Source: Synechococcus sp.
Lineage (GTDB): Bacteria > Cyanobacteriota > Cyanobacteriia > PCC-6307 > Cyanobiaceae
NCBI GenBank assembly: GCA_047285805.1
Contig: JBJBCN010000003.1
Location: 864,001-928,000, forward strand
Reading direction: 5' to 3'
DNA: 64,000 nt
Of this stretch, positions 49,485-59,511 are shown piece after piece (positions within the stretch are counted from its first letter, which is position 1; each line of letters begins with the position of its first letter). Under the pieces are notes generated by a model, which was not told the origin of the DNA, did no database searches, and saw nothing but the letters and a program-made list of their open reading frames with translations. A program made the translations under genes and the position numbers.

Positions 49485-51227
49485 ATGAGCAGCATCGATT
49501 GGGCGATTGTCATCGGCTATCTGGTGGCGAGCCTGTTCGTTGGTCTCTGGCTGGCCCGTCGCAACACCAGTGAGGCGGATTACTTCGTCGCGGGCCGTCA
49601 ACTCAAGGGTTGGTTGGCGGGGGCCTCGATGGCGGCCACGACCTTCTCGATCGATACGCCCCTGTATGTGGCCGGTCTGGTGGCCGTGCGCGGTCTCGCC
49701 GGCAACTGGGAATGGTGGAGCTTTGGCGTGGCCCATGTCGCCATGGCCGTGGTCTTCGCTCCCCTATGGAGACGAAGTGGGGTTCTGACCGACGCAGCGC
49801 TGACGGAATTGCGCTATGGCGGCCCCACCGCAGCTTGGCTGCGGGGCATCAAGGCGTTTTTGTTCGCCCTGCCGATCAACTGCATTGGTCTCGGTTACGC
49901 CTTTTTGGCCATGGCCAAGGTGAGTGAGGCGCTGGGTCTGGCCTCTACACCCGAGGCCAAGGTGACCATCTTGGCCATCGTCGCCTTGTTGGTCTTGATC
50001 TACACCGCGGCAGGCGGACTCTGGGCCGTGGTCGTCACGGATATGCTGCAGCTGGTCCTAGCCTTGCTCGGAGCCATAGCTGTCGCCGTGGCCGCGGTCC
50101 ATGCGGCCGGTGGCATGGACGCCCTACTCGAGAGCATCCGCGGTCTAGCCCGTCCGGAGCTGCTGTCTCTGGTGCCCTGGCAGATCGAAGGGGGGCGGCT
50201 GCAGTGGTTGGATGGGGCTGGGATTTCGATCGCCACCTTCAGTTCCTACTTGGCTTTGCAGTGGTGGAGCTTCCGCCGCAGTGATGGTGGCGGTGAATTC
50301 ATTCAGCGTTTGCTCGCCACCCGCGATGAGCGGGAGGCCCGCACCGCCGGCTGGGTCTTTCTGGCTGTGAACTATGTGCTCCGCAGCTGGCCCTGGATCG
50401 TGGTGGCGCTCGCCGCGGTGGTCCTGCTGCCTGAGCAGACCGACTGGGAGCAGAGCTACCCCCTGCTAGCGGTTCAGTTGTTGCCTCCGGTGGCCTTGGG
50501 CTTGGTTGTGGTCTCCCTGGTGGCGGCCTTCATGAGCACGGTTAGCACCTCGGTGAATTGGGGCGCCAGCTACCTCACCCATGACCTCTATCAGCGTTTT
50601 GTTCGCCCCCAGGCCAGTGAGAAGGAATTGCTCCTGGTCGGTCAGTTGGCCTCGGTGCTGCTCGTTGTTTTTGGGGTGCTTACCGCCCTGATCAGCAACA
50701 GCATCGGCACTGTCTTCCGGCTGGTGATCGCCATGGGCACCGGCCCCGGTGTGGTCCTGGTGCTGCGTTGGTTCTGGTGGCGCGTGAATGCCGCCGCTGA
50801 GCTGGCTGCCCTTCTCGGGGGCTTCTTGATCGGCTTCTCCACCTCCGTGGTGCCCGTCTTGCGCATCGAGGACTACGGGGTGCGCCTGCTTACTACCACG
50901 CTCCTCACGGCCGGGCTCTGGCTCGTCGCGATGCTGGCGACCCCGCCGGAATCGCCGGAGGTGCTGGATCGCTTTGTGCGGCAAGTCCGTCCCCCTGGCC
51001 CCGGTTGGACGCAGTGGCGCCGTCGCACGGGGGTCATGGCTGATGAAACCCTGCCGGGGCTGATGCTCCTCCTGCTCGCCGGCTGTTCCCTGTTGTTTGG
51101 TTCCCTGCTGGGCATTGGCGGCTTCCTGCTGAAGCTGCAGCTCTGGGGGTGGAGCGGTCTGGTCTTGGCGGTGGTAGGGGTATTGCTCCTTCGCCGCGGC
51201 AGCGGTCGTCTTCCGGCGCAGGGATGA
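49485..51227 (+). CDS. Sodium:solute symporter family protein
   Basis: DYFVAGR, QRLLA, AAFMST; many TM helices. Confidence 0.9.
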   Translation: MSSIDWAIVIGYLVASLFVGLWLARRNTSEADYFVAGRQLKGWLAGASMAATTFSIDTPLYVAGLVAVRGLAGNWEWWSFGVAHVAMAVVFAPLWRRSGVLTDAALTELRYGGPTAAWLRGIKAFLFALPINCIGLGYAFLAMAKVSEALGLASTPEAKVTILAIVALLVLIYTAAGGLWAVVVTDMLQLVLALLGAIAVAVAAVHAAGGMDALLESIRGLARPELLSLVPWQIEGGRLQWLDGAGISIATFSSYLALQWWSFRRSDGGGEFIQRLLATRDEREARTAGWVFLAVNYVLRSWPWIVVALAAVVLLPEQTDWEQSYPLLAVQLLPPVALGLVVVSLVAAFMSTVSTSVNWGASYLTHDLYQRFVRPQASEKELLLVGQLASVLLVVFGVLTALISNSIGTVFRLVIAMGTGPGVVLVLRWFWWRVNAAAELAALLGGFLIGFSTSVVPVLRIEDYGVRLLTTTLLTAGLWLVAMLATPPESPEVLDRFVRQVRPPGPGWTQWRRRTGVMADETLPGLMLLLLAGCSLLFGSLLGIGGFLLKLQLWGWSGLVLAVVGVLLLRRGSGRLPAQG

Positions 51228-51251
51228 TGGCTGAACCGCTCAGCCCACGCC

Positions 51252-51377
51252 GTGCAATTTCTTCGCTCCACCCTTTTGCCAGCTGCGATTGTCCTGCTGT
51301 TTGGTTTGGCCCTCTTCGCCGTGAGTGCCCGCATCTGGCTCCCCGGCGATATGGCAGCCCCTGCGCCGGTTGGTTGA
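51252..51377 (+). CDS. 41-aa single-TM protein, not in ORF track
   Basis: MQFLRSTLLPAAIVLLFGLALFAVSARIWLPGDMAAPAPVG from GTG; fills the intergenic gap. Confidence 0.7.
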   Translation: MQFLRSTLLPAAIVLLFGLALFAVSARIWLPGDMAAPAPVG

Positions 51378-51415
51378 GCGACTGAGCTGGGAACAGGGCC
51401 CACTACGATTGGCCC

Positions 51416-52216
51416 ATGGAAGCCTCCCCGCTCGAGTCTCCCAAGGGCTCGTCAGACCTGGATTTCGACTCCGAGTTGCTGGAGCGGGAACTCGCTGAAG
51501 AGGATCTTGGCGATCCTCTCGATGAGCTGGATTCCGGAGAGGCCTCACCAGCCGATGCTGCGGCCGAATGCGACTTGGGGTTGCGTTTCCTCGAGGGTAG
51601 TCACGATGAGCAGATGCAGGGGCTACGAATCTTCTGCGAGCACCGAGACCCTCGAGCCCCCGAGAAGCTTTTGCCGCTGCTCGATGCCAGTTGTCCGATT
51701 CTTCGGATGAGCGTCGTTTACGCCCTCGGGCGAAACCCTGCCATCCAAGCACTGACGCCTCTGCTGCAGCTGCTTCAAAACGACAGCAACGGCTACGTGC
51801 GCAAGGCCGTGGCCTGGAGCCTGAGCAGCTATCCAGACGCTCCGATCATGAATCCGCTGATCAAAGCGCTGGAGACCGATATCTCTGCCGTTCGGCTTTG
51901 GGCGGCCAGCTCCTTGGCCGATGCGGGCTCCACCGGCTTGGCGAAGGCTGACCAGGCTGCCGGCCAGCTCCTGTTGGCTCTCAAAATCGATAGTGAGCCG
52001 GTGGTTCGTAGCAACAGCGCCTGGTCCTTGGGGCGCCTGTATGCCGACTTGGTGGAGCCCCGCCAGAAAGAGGTGGTGGAGGCGCTCTTGAACGCCATGC
52101 TCAATGACGCTGACTTGGCCGTCCGTGACGAGGCCCGAATGGCCCTCGAACAACTGGAGAACCCCCTGGTCCTTGAGCGCCTACAAACCCTGGTGGATGA
52201 GGGACTGCTGGCATAA
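51416..52216 (+). CDS. HEAT-repeat (PBS lyase-like) protein
   Basis: Repeated D-x-x-x-x-VR-x-x-A-x-x-x-L units; acidic N-terminus. Confidence 0.88.
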   Translation: MEASPLESPKGSSDLDFDSELLERELAEEDLGDPLDELDSGEASPADAAAECDLGLRFLEGSHDEQMQGLRIFCEHRDPRAPEKLLPLLDASCPILRMSVVYALGRNPAIQALTPLLQLLQNDSNGYVRKAVAWSLSSYPDAPIMNPLIKALETDISAVRLWAASSLADAGSTGLAKADQAAGQLLLALKIDSEPVVRSNSAWSLGRLYADLVEPRQKEVVEALLNAMLNDADLAVRDEARMALEQLENPLVLERLQTLVDEGLLA

Positions 52217-52281
52217 GCGGTTGGCCCAGTCACCAGGAGGCTCCCGCGGCTAGCATCACTCAACCCCGCCCGTGACCCGGG

Positions 52282-52494
52282 ATGGCTCAACAGACGATTC
52301 GCTTTCGCATTCGGCCCGATGGCCGCGTTGAGGAGGTCGTTGAGGGCATTGCTGGTCACGGCTGCGAGCAGCTCACCGAGCGGATTGAGGAGAAGTTGGG
52401 CGTTGTTCAACAGCGCCAGCCCACCTCCGAATCCTTCCAGGGCCAAACCACTGCCGTCCAGCCCGAGCAGACTCTTTCGTCCCAGGTCTCCTGA
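52282..52494 (+). CDS. DUF2997 family protein
   Basis: FRIRPDGRVEEVVEG..G..C...T..IE..LG. Confidence 0.85.
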   Translation: MAQQTIRFRIRPDGRVEEVVEGIAGHGCEQLTERIEEKLGVVQQRQPTSESFQGQTTAVQPEQTLSSQVS

Positions 52495-52886
52495 TGTCGC
52501 ACTTCAGCACCGTCAAAACAGAACTGCGCGATCGCTCCGCTCTGATTGATGCCCTGAAAGATCTGGGCCACATCCCCACGGAGGGTGAGTGCCAGGTGCG
52601 TGGCTACCGCGGCCAGACCGTGACCGCTGAACTCTCCGTTCCGACCGAGGGTGCCGGCGACCTCGGCTTCCGCTGGAACGCGGCCTCCGGGAGCTACGAG
52701 CTTGTGACCGACCTCGATCTCTGGAGTCAGCCGATTCCCGTTGAGCGGTTCCTATCGAAACTCACACAGCGCTACGCCCTGCGCAGCATCCTGGCCGCCT
52801 CTACTCAAGAGGGCTTCCAAGTGGCGGAAGAGCGCCAGGAGCAAGACGGCACGATTGAGCTCGTCGTTACCCGCTGGAAAGGCTGA
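52494..52886 (+). CDS. ycf35: Ycf35/DUF1257 family protein
   Basis: MSHFSTVKT N-terminus, LGFRWN, LTQRYA. Confidence 0.9.
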   Translation: MSHFSTVKTELRDRSALIDALKDLGHIPTEGECQVRGYRGQTVTAELSVPTEGAGDLGFRWNAASGSYELVTDLDLWSQPIPVERFLSKLTQRYALRSILAASTQEGFQVAEERQEQDGTIELVVTRWKG

Positions 52887-52899
52887 ACGCCACGCCAGC

Positions 52900-53295
52900 G
52901 TGGGGATCGATCCCTCTATTGCCTTTTCGGCCGCGGCGGCCCCGGCCCTTGAGCGCAGCGGCCATGAGCCGGTGCTCGGTGGAGCCCTGCGTCAACAAGC
53001 GGTCTGGGTAGACGAGGCCGTCTGTATTGGCTGCCGCTACTGCGCTCATGTGGCCGGCAACACTTTTGTGGTGGAAGCCGAGTGGGGCCGTTCCCGGGCC
53101 ATCCGCCAGGATGGCGACAGCACGGAGACGATCCAAGAGGCAATCGATACCTGTCCGGTCGATTGCATCCATTGGGTGAGTTATGAGGAGCTGCCCGAAT
53201 TGCAGGAGCAGACCATGCAGCAGGAACTGCAGCCACTGGGCTTGCCGACACCTGTCCGTAGCCGGCGCACTTTCCCCAGGCGAGAGCCCCACTGA
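52900..53295 (+). CDS. Single-cluster bacterial-type ferredoxin (Fed7-like)
   Basis: VDEAVCIGCRYCAHVA...AIDTCPVDCIHW; GTG start inferred. Confidence 0.88.
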   Translation: MGIDPSIAFSAAAAPALERSGHEPVLGGALRQQAVWVDEAVCIGCRYCAHVAGNTFVVEAEWGRSRAIRQDGDSTETIQEAIDTCPVDCIHWVSYEELPELQEQTMQQELQPLGLPTPVRSRRTFPRREPH

Positions 53296-54494
53296 TGCTT
53301 TCGACCCGGCGGTTTGGCCGCAGCGAACTGGCGATGCCGGTGTTGTCCCTTGGCGGGATGCGCTTTCAGCAGAGCTGGTCTGACCTGGCCCCGGATCAGA
53401 TCACGGCCCAGAGCCAGGCCAACCTGCGGGCCACCCTCGCAGCGGCCGTGGACCATGGGTTTCACCACGTCGAGACGGCCCGCCACTACGGCAGCTCAGA
53501 ACGCCAGCTCGGCTGGTTGTTGCCCCAGGTCCCGGATCCCGAACGGATCCTGCAGACCAAGGTCCCGCCCCAGGACGATCCTGCGGCCTTTGAAGCGGAG
53601 CTCGCGCTGAGCTTTGAGCGCTTGTCCGTGGATCGGGTGGATTGTTTGGCGATCCATGGCATCAACCTTCCCGAGCACCTGCAGGCCACCCTCAAACCCG
53701 GGGGTTGCATGGAGGTGGCGCGGCGCTGGCAGCAGAACGGGCGCGTGGGCTGCATCGGCTTCTCCACCCACGGCCCCCTGGCCTTGATCGAAGAGGCCAT
53801 CGCCAGCGATGCCTTTGATTACGTCAATCTCCATTGGTATTTCATTCGCCAGGACAACGGTCCGGCCATTGCGGCGGCCCAAGCCCATGACATGGGGGTC
53901 TTTGTGATTAGTCCCACCGACAAGGGCGGGCACCTGCATAGCCCTTCCGAGCGTCTGCTGGAGCTCTGCGCACCGCTGCACCCGATTGTCTTCAACGACC
54001 TGTTCTGCCTGAGTCATCCCGGGGTTCATACCATCAGCGTTGGTGCCGCCCGTCCGGAGGATTTGGCCTTGCATCTGGAGGCAGTGGCCCTGCTCCCTGA
54101 GGCGCCGGCTCTATTGCCTCCGATTGTGAGCCGTTTGGAGGATGCACGTCGCACCGCCCTCGGCGAGGCCTGGTTGAGCGGCTGGCAGCAGGGGTTACCT
54201 CGCTGGCAGGACACGCCGGGTCAGATCAATCTCTCCACCCTGCTTTGGTTGTACAACCTGCTGGAGGCCTGGGATCTTCAGAGCTATGTCAAGGCCCGTT
54301 ACGGCCTATTGGGCGCCGCCAGCCACTGGTTCCCTGGGGCCAATGCCGATGCGTTGGATCAGCGCGTCAGCGAGGCGGAACTGAGGGCGGTGCTCCAGTC
54401 CAGTCCTTGGGGTGAGCAGATCCCCGGCATCCTGCGCGGCTTGCGGGAGCGGGTGGGCGGTACCCCCAGCAAGCGCCTGATGCAGGACGACTAG
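53295..54494 (+). CDS. Aldo/keto reductase family protein
   Basis: [23 protein letters not shown]. Confidence 0.88.
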   Translation: MLSTRRFGRSELAMPVLSLGGMRFQQSWSDLAPDQITAQSQANLRATLAAAVDHGFHHVETARHYGSSERQLGWLLPQVPDPERILQTKVPPQDDPAAFEAELALSFERLSVDRVDCLAIHGINLPEHLQATLKPGGCMEVARRWQQNGRVGCIGFSTHGPLALIEEAIASDAFDYVNLHWYFIRQDNGPAIAAAQAHDMGVFVISPTDKGGHLHSPSERLLELCAPLHPIVFNDLFCLSHPGVHTISVGAARPEDLALHLEAVALLPEAPALLPPIVSRLEDARRTALGEAWLSGWQQGLPRWQDTPGQINLSTLLWLYNLLEAWDLQSYVKARYGLLGAASHWFPGANADALDQRVSEAELRAVLQSSPWGEQIPGILRGLRERVGGTPSKRLMQDD

Positions 54495-55219
54495 GCCCCC
54501 AGGGGGAATTTGCTCGGGACCCCCACCGCTCGGGGGTAGGTCTTGGGGCAGGCCTCGTTGGGGCTCAGCACGATCGCCGTGCGCTGGCCGCGCTCCGCGG
54601 GGAGCTCCTGCTGGCGGCAGGAGAGCACACGGGCCTTGAGTTGAGCGGTCGCCTTCTCGAGTTGGCGCTGGTCCTCAGGGCTCCACAGCCCGCGATACAG
54701 CAACGCTTGTCCGCCGGAGGCCACAAGGGGAACGAGGTATTCCGCTACCACCGGGGCGGCGGCCACGGCGCGGGCCATGGCCAGGTCGAATTGGCCGCGG
54801 CAGCGTTTTTGGCGCCCGGTCAGCTCAATGCGCTCGCAGCGCAGTTCCACCCGCCCCCCCAAGCCGAGGCTCTGGGCCATCGCTTCGACGGCCTGGGTTT
54901 TGCGCCCGACGGAATCCACCAGGGTGATCTGCGCCTGGGGGAAGGCAATCGCTACGGCCAGGCCAGGGAAGCCTCCGCCCGTTCCCACATCAATGCAGCG
55001 CAGTGGGGCCTCGGGGTTCTGCTGCAATTGGGGCACCAGGGGCCAGAGGCTGTCAAAGATCTGGGCGACCCAGAAGTCATCGCCCTCCACCAAGCGCGTC
55101 AGGTTGACGCGACTATTCCAGTCGCGCAGGACGTCCTGGAGTTGGACAAAGCGCTGTAGTTGCTCGTCGCTGGGTCTCCAGTGCAAGGCCTCCCATAGTG
55201 CGTCTGCTGGAGCTGGCAT
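54491..55219 (-). CDS. rsmG: 16S rRNA m7G527 methyltransferase
   Basis: [31 protein letters not shown]. Confidence 0.94.
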   Translation of the reverse strand: MPAPADALWEALHWRPSDEQLQRFVQLQDVLRDWNSRVNLTRLVEGDDFWVAQIFDSLWPLVPQLQQNPEAPLRCIDVGTGGGFPGLAVAIAFPQAQITLVDSVGRKTQAVEAMAQSLGLGGRVELRCERIELTGRQKRCRGQFDLAMARAVAAAPVVAEYLVPLVASGGQALLYRGLWSPEDQRQLEKATAQLKARVLSCRQQELPAERGQRTAIVLSPNEACPKTYPRAVGVPSKFPLGA

Positions 55220-55274
55220 CCCCTGGGCTGATCTCGTCACACTCTCTAGGATCCTCCTCAACCGGTGTCCTGCG

Positions 55275-55802
55275 TTGGCGGCTGCCAATCATTACGAGCT
55301 GCTGGAGGTGCCCAGCGAGGCGTCCACCCAGGAGTTGCGGCAGGCCTTTCGCAGCCTGAGCAAGCGCTACCACCCGGACACCACGGCCTTGCCCGAGGAC
55401 GAGGCCCGGGAGGCCTTTCGTCGTATCCAGCAGGCCTACCTCACCCTGATTGATCCCGAGCGCCGTCGCAGTTACGACGCCACCTTGCGGGCCACCTCGA
55501 GAGTGGCGGTGCCCCCGCCGTGCCTGCAGACTGCGCCGAAGCCCGTTCCCGTTCGTCGGGCCCTCTCCGGTGGTGAGTGGTTCGCTTTGTTACTCCTTGC
55601 CATGGCGGTGGCCTTCAGCTTGGTGCTGGGTGTTGGCTTGGCCTGGTCCCGCGGAGCCGAGTTCCTCAAGCCCCCCAGCTGGGTCGCCGCTGGTGGGCAA
55701 ACTGAAGGATCAAGTCCCCTGCCTGTGGATGGTGGATCTGCCGTCGCATCAGACCCCGCTGTACAACCATCCGCTTCCGGTGCTGGAGCGTTGGCTGGCT
55801 GA
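55275..55802 (+). CDS. J-domain membrane protein
   Basis: NHYELL...YHPD...AY..L...RR..YD; C-terminal TM; TTG start inferred. Confidence 0.87.
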   Translation: MAAANHYELLEVPSEASTQELRQAFRSLSKRYHPDTTALPEDEAREAFRRIQQAYLTLIDPERRRSYDATLRATSRVAVPPPCLQTAPKPVPVRRALSGGEWFALLLLAMAVAFSLVLGVGLAWSRGAEFLKPPSWVAAGGQTEGSSPLPVDGGSAVASDPAVQPSASGAGALAG

Positions 55803-55995
55803 TCTCGGCGGACTGCAGCGAGGTCACCACTCCTGTGAATGGGATCTGACCACCGTCTCCTGGAGTGCCGAGCTGGTTTTGGGTTCGGAGGAACTCACCG
55901 TGCGTTGGGGGCAGGGTGAGGCCGCCGTGGAGCGCCACTTCCCCTATGGCCTGACCCGCGCGGATGTTGAGGCGGCGATCTTGGCGGGCCCCTAA
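55729..55995 (+). CDS. DUF3143 family protein
   Basis: [29 protein letters not shown]...GP. Confidence 0.85.
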   Translation: MVDLPSHQTPLYNHPLPVLERWLADLGGLQRGHHSCEWDLTTVSWSAELVLGSEELTVRWGQGEAAVERHFPYGLTRADVEAAILAGP

Positions 55996-56156
55996 AGCTG
56001 GCGCTTGCAGACCTCGCTCTGCTCCTCGCTGAGGGTGGAGAAGGGGCCGCAGTTCACCCAACGCACCAACGACAGCTCGATGTCGGTGAAGAGCACCAGG
56101 ATCCCTGCGCAGAGGGCGGCAACGGCCGTGATGACTGCAAGCGAAGAGGGTTTCAT
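55992..56156 (-). CDS. 54-aa membrane-anchored protein, not in ORF track
   Basis: MKPSSLAVITAVAALCAGILVLFTDIELSLVRWVNCGPFSTLSEEQSEVCKRQL; ATG overlaps bioD stop (ATGA). Confidence 0.7.
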   Translation of the reverse strand: MKPSSLAVITAVAALCAGILVLFTDIELSLVRWVNCGPFSTLSEEQSEVCKRQL

Positions 56157-56830
56157 GGGCGGCGCCTGACCCCCTTGAGCTTATGGACGAGATCCAGGGC
56201 CTGCCACTGCGCTTGCAGTGTCGTGGCATCGAGCCTGGGCAGGGGCGGGAGGCAGCCCAGTACGGAGATTCCCGAGACGGCCTCAAGAGTGGCAGCATTG
56301 TTGGGATGGGGCTCCCCGTTCAACAGGATCCCCAGCAGCGGCAGGTTCCGGCGGTGGAGGGCCTCAATCGAGAGCAGAGTGTGGTTCAAGGTGCCCAGGC
56401 CCGAGCGTGCCACAAGGAGCACGGGTAGGTTCCAGCGTTGTAACTGCTCGATTTGCAGCCAATCCAGCCGCAGGGGCACCAGGAGTCCACCGGCGGTCTC
56501 GATTACCAATGGCCCCTCCACGGAGGGGAGGGAGAGCTGTTCGCTTGCAATCGGAGGGCAGTTCCCGGGTTCCAGCGCGGCGGCCCAGTGGGGGGAGACC
56601 GGAGCCTGGAAGCGGTAAGCCTCGGGCAGAACTCGGTCTTCGGGGAGCTCCAGCCAGCGTTGTACCCGTTCCCGATCCCCTTCGCCGTTCTCCAGGCCGC
56701 ACTGCACCGGCTTCCAGTAGGTCGCGTTCAGGCCCTGCACAACAAGGGCGCTGACCACGGTCTTGCCGACATCGGTGTCGGTACCGCAGATCGCCAACCG
56801 CTGCTGCGCGCCGAGGGGTGCCTGGGTCAT
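56153..56830 (-). CDS. bioD: Dethiobiotin synthetase
   Basis: GTDTDVGKT, WKPVQ, ETAGG, LGTLNHT. Confidence 0.95.
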   Translation of the reverse strand: MTQAPLGAQQRLAICGTDTDVGKTVVSALVVQGLNATYWKPVQCGLENGEGDRERVQRWLELPEDRVLPEAYRFQAPVSPHWAAALEPGNCPPIASEQLSLPSVEGPLVIETAGGLLVPLRLDWLQIEQLQRWNLPVLLVARSGLGTLNHTLLSIEALHRRNLPLLGILLNGEPHPNNAATLEAVSGISVLGCLPPLPRLDATTLQAQWQALDLVHKLKGVRRRP

Positions 56831-57609
56831 CGCTTCTGTCCCAACAGCAGCAGTACTTCCCAAACGATGGCCTGCTCGGGACCCGGCCAGGCGCGCAGCA
56901 GGCGCCGGAGTTGGCCTGGATTGAGTTTGGGGCTGCGGGTGGCCTGGGCGCCAATCGCTTTGATCCGCTGCAGGAAACAGAGTCCGCCGCGGTTTGGGCG
57001 GCTGAAGCGCAACACCTGGGCTTCCTTGAGTTCCAGTCGTTCCTGGGCACAGGCGATCAAGCCTGTTGCGCCCGGCAGCTCCAGGGCCGTGCAGGGCACC
57101 CCCGCCCGCTCAGCCGCCTGGTGCCAAAGGGGAAAGCTGCCTGAGGTGGGCAGCCCCAGGATGAGCCAGCCCCCGGCTTGCAGTTGGTCGCACCACAGCC
57201 CGAGCTGGCGCTCCGGCTGGTCGAGCCATTGCAGAGCAAAGCTCGAGGCCAGGCCTGCTGGCTGCTCCAGACCTGGGGGTAGTCCTTGGTTCAAGTCCCA
57301 CTGGATCTGGGGGGCGTGGTCGCCCGCTCCCTGCTCGAGCAGGGCGGAGCAGGCGTCCACCTGCAGCCAGGGTCCCTGGTCGAGGCAGGCGGAGAGGGAG
57401 CGGCTCAACAGTCCCGTTCCGGCGCCTAAATCCGCCAGGGGCCCCGGGGGAAAGCGCAGCCGATAGCGGGCGCTAAGGTTGGCTAGGCGTTGGGCGACCG
57501 CGGCCTGGAGCAAGGCCCTGCTTGGGTAGCGCCTCGCCCCTTCGCTAAAGCAGCTGCGGACCGCCGCGCTAAAGCCCGTTGCCGGTGAATTAGGCCTGGG
57601 CATCGTCAA
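56827..57609 (-). CDS. bioC: Malonyl-ACP O-methyltransferase
   Basis: F...A..Y...A.LQ, DLGAGTG, SSFALQW; operon context. Confidence 0.85.
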   Translation of the reverse strand: MTMPRPNSPATGFSAAVRSCFSEGARRYPSRALLQAAVAQRLANLSARYRLRFPPGPLADLGAGTGLLSRSLSACLDQGPWLQVDACSALLEQGAGDHAPQIQWDLNQGLPPGLEQPAGLASSFALQWLDQPERQLGLWCDQLQAGGWLILGLPTSGSFPLWHQAAERAGVPCTALELPGATGLIACAQERLELKEAQVLRFSRPNRGGLCFLQRIKAIGAQATRSPKLNPGQLRRLLRAWPGPEQAIVWEVLLLLGQKR

Positions 57610-58285
57610 TCCAGTCGAGAACGGCGTCCGGTAGGCCGGGATCGATCAGGGAATGCCCGAGGGCGCTGCGGCTCCAGACCTCGGCCTCGGGGAGGGCTTG
57701 CTTGAGCTCCTCCCGACTGCAGGCGCTGACAATCTGGTCTTGGCTGGCCTCCACGATCAGGACTGGAATGCCGCTGGGGAAGCCGGCCGGTAGGCCGCCG
57801 GTGGAGCCCAGCTGCTCGAGGTCCTCCATTAGTCGGCTGCGGCCCTCAGGGCTAATGCCCTGCTCCAGGGGGCCCTCCGGCAGCAGCGCTCGGGACTGGG
57901 GGCTGACCGCCTGCTGCAGGAAATCACGCAGTTGTTCTTGCTCTTCTCCGGCCCGGATGCGCCCGCCCATGGCCCGAAGGGCGGCGTTGACGGCTCGTCC
58001 CTCCCGTCCTTCGGGGATAAAGCGCGTAAAGCTCGCCAACAGGACGGCGGCGGTGGCCTCACGCCAGAGGGCCTCGCCGAGGAGATGGGGGCCAAAGGAA
58101 TGGCCAATGACCACCCGCCTCTCGCTGCCGGGCGCCCAGCTGGGCTGCTGGGGGGCTTCCTGGCCGTAGCCCCTTTCGCCGCAGCAGAAGGACCAGCCCC
58201 TGGCAGCCGCCGCCCTGACCCAGGGTCCCCAGCTGCGGTGATCCCCAGCCCAGCCATGCATGCCGATGAGTTGGATTCTGCTCAT
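57590..58285 (-). CDS. Pimeloyl-ACP methyl ester esterase (BioH/BioK-type alpha/beta hydrolase)
   Basis: HGW, GHSFG nucleophile, D and GH triad positions; between bioF and bioC. Confidence 0.82.
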   Translation of the reverse strand: MSRIQLIGMHGWAGDHRSWGPWVRAAAARGWSFCCGERGYGQEAPQQPSWAPGSERRVVIGHSFGPHLLGEALWREATAAVLLASFTRFIPEGREGRAVNAALRAMGGRIRAGEEQEQLRDFLQQAVSPQSRALLPEGPLEQGISPEGRSRLMEDLEQLGSTGGLPAGFPSGIPVLIVEASQDQIVSACSREELKQALPEAEVWSRSALGHSLIDPGLPDAVLDWIDDAQA

Positions 58286-59442
58286 GGTGTCCCCAGGGCC
58301 TGGATCAGCCGAGACAAGGTGCCGGCGGGGCAATCGTGGCGAAGCACGAGCCGCAGCCGTGCCGTCCCATCCGGAACGGTGGGCGGGCGGATGGCCACGC
58401 TCAACAGCCCCGCCTGCTCGAGTTGCGATTGGAGGGCCAAGGCGCGTTGATCGTCACCCACCATCAACGGCAGGATCGGACCGCTTCCCCCCGGCCTCGG
58501 CCAGCCGGCGGTCTCGAGGGCGTTGCGCCAGCGCTCCGCCCGCTCCAGCAGCGCCTGCCGTTCCGGCTCGCGTTCCTGGATGGCCCGTAGGCCTGCAGCG
58601 GCGGCCGCCACCAGCGGCGGGGCGAGGGCCGTGCTGTAGCGGAAGGGGCCGGAATGCTGCAGCAGCCAGTCCCCCACCGTGGCGCTGCCCGCCAGGAAGG
58701 CCCCGCCACTGCCGAAGGCTTTGCCGAAGGTTCCGCTGATCAGGCTGATCTCCGCAATCCCGTAGCCCAGGCCCCGGCCCCCCTCGCCGAGGACCCCGAG
58801 GCTGTGGGCTTCATCCAGCAGCAGTGCGGACCCGTGGCTGGCGCAGAGCTCGGCCATGGCGGCCACATCGGGCGAGCTGCCTTCCATGGAGAACAAGCTT
58901 TCGCTGAGCACCAGCAGCCGGCGCTGGGGTGCGTCGCACCTTGCCCGCACGAGCAGCGCCTCCAGGTCAGCCAGGTTGTTGTGCTGGAAGCGTCGCAGTT
59001 TGGCGCCACTGGCCTTGATGCCCACCAGCAGCGAGTGGTGAATCAGCCGATCGGCGAGCACCCAGGTGTTGCGGTCGGACAGGGCCTGGACGGCGGCGAT
59101 GTTGGCCTGAAATCCGCTCGGATAGAGCAATACGCGCTTGCGCCCGAGCCAGTCGCTGAGGGCTTGCTCCAGCTCCTCGTGGATCGGCCGTGTGCCACTG
59201 ATGAGCCGGGAGGCCCCGGCTCCCACGCCGACCGCTTCAATGGCGGCGCTGGCGGCCCGTTGTAGGGCTGGATCGCGGCTCAGCCCCAGGTAGTCGTTGC
59301 TGGCTAGATCCAGGAGTGGACGCTCCTCGCCAGCGAACGCGGCCTGCCCCGCTGGCGCAAGGCTGCGGAGGCGCCGCCGCCGGGCTACGGGAAGCGCCTG
59401 CAGGTCAGCGGCCAGGGGTGCCAATGGATCGGTTGCGTCCAT
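58282..59442 (-). CDS. bioF: 8-amino-7-oxononanoate synthase
   Basis: SNDYLGL, DEAH, GTFGKAFG, IRPPTVP. Confidence 0.95.
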   Translation of the reverse strand: MDATDPLAPLAADLQALPVARRRRLRSLAPAGQAAFAGEERPLLDLASNDYLGLSRDPALQRAASAAIEAVGVGAGASRLISGTRPIHEELEQALSDWLGRKRVLLYPSGFQANIAAVQALSDRNTWVLADRLIHHSLLVGIKASGAKLRRFQHNNLADLEALLVRARCDAPQRRLLVLSESLFSMEGSSPDVAAMAELCASHGSALLLDEAHSLGVLGEGGRGLGYGIAEISLISGTFGKAFGSGGAFLAGSATVGDWLLQHSGPFRYSTALAPPLVAAAAAGLRAIQEREPERQALLERAERWRNALETAGWPRPGGSGPILPLMVGDDQRALALQSQLEQAGLLSVAIRPPTVPDGTARLRLVLRHDCPAGTLSRLIQALGTP

Positions 59443-59511
59443 TGCCCCAGCTCGGCCCTCGGGTGAATGCCCTCAGTTTGCCCGTTTGGCTGGAGCCCAT
59501 AGGATCTGCTA

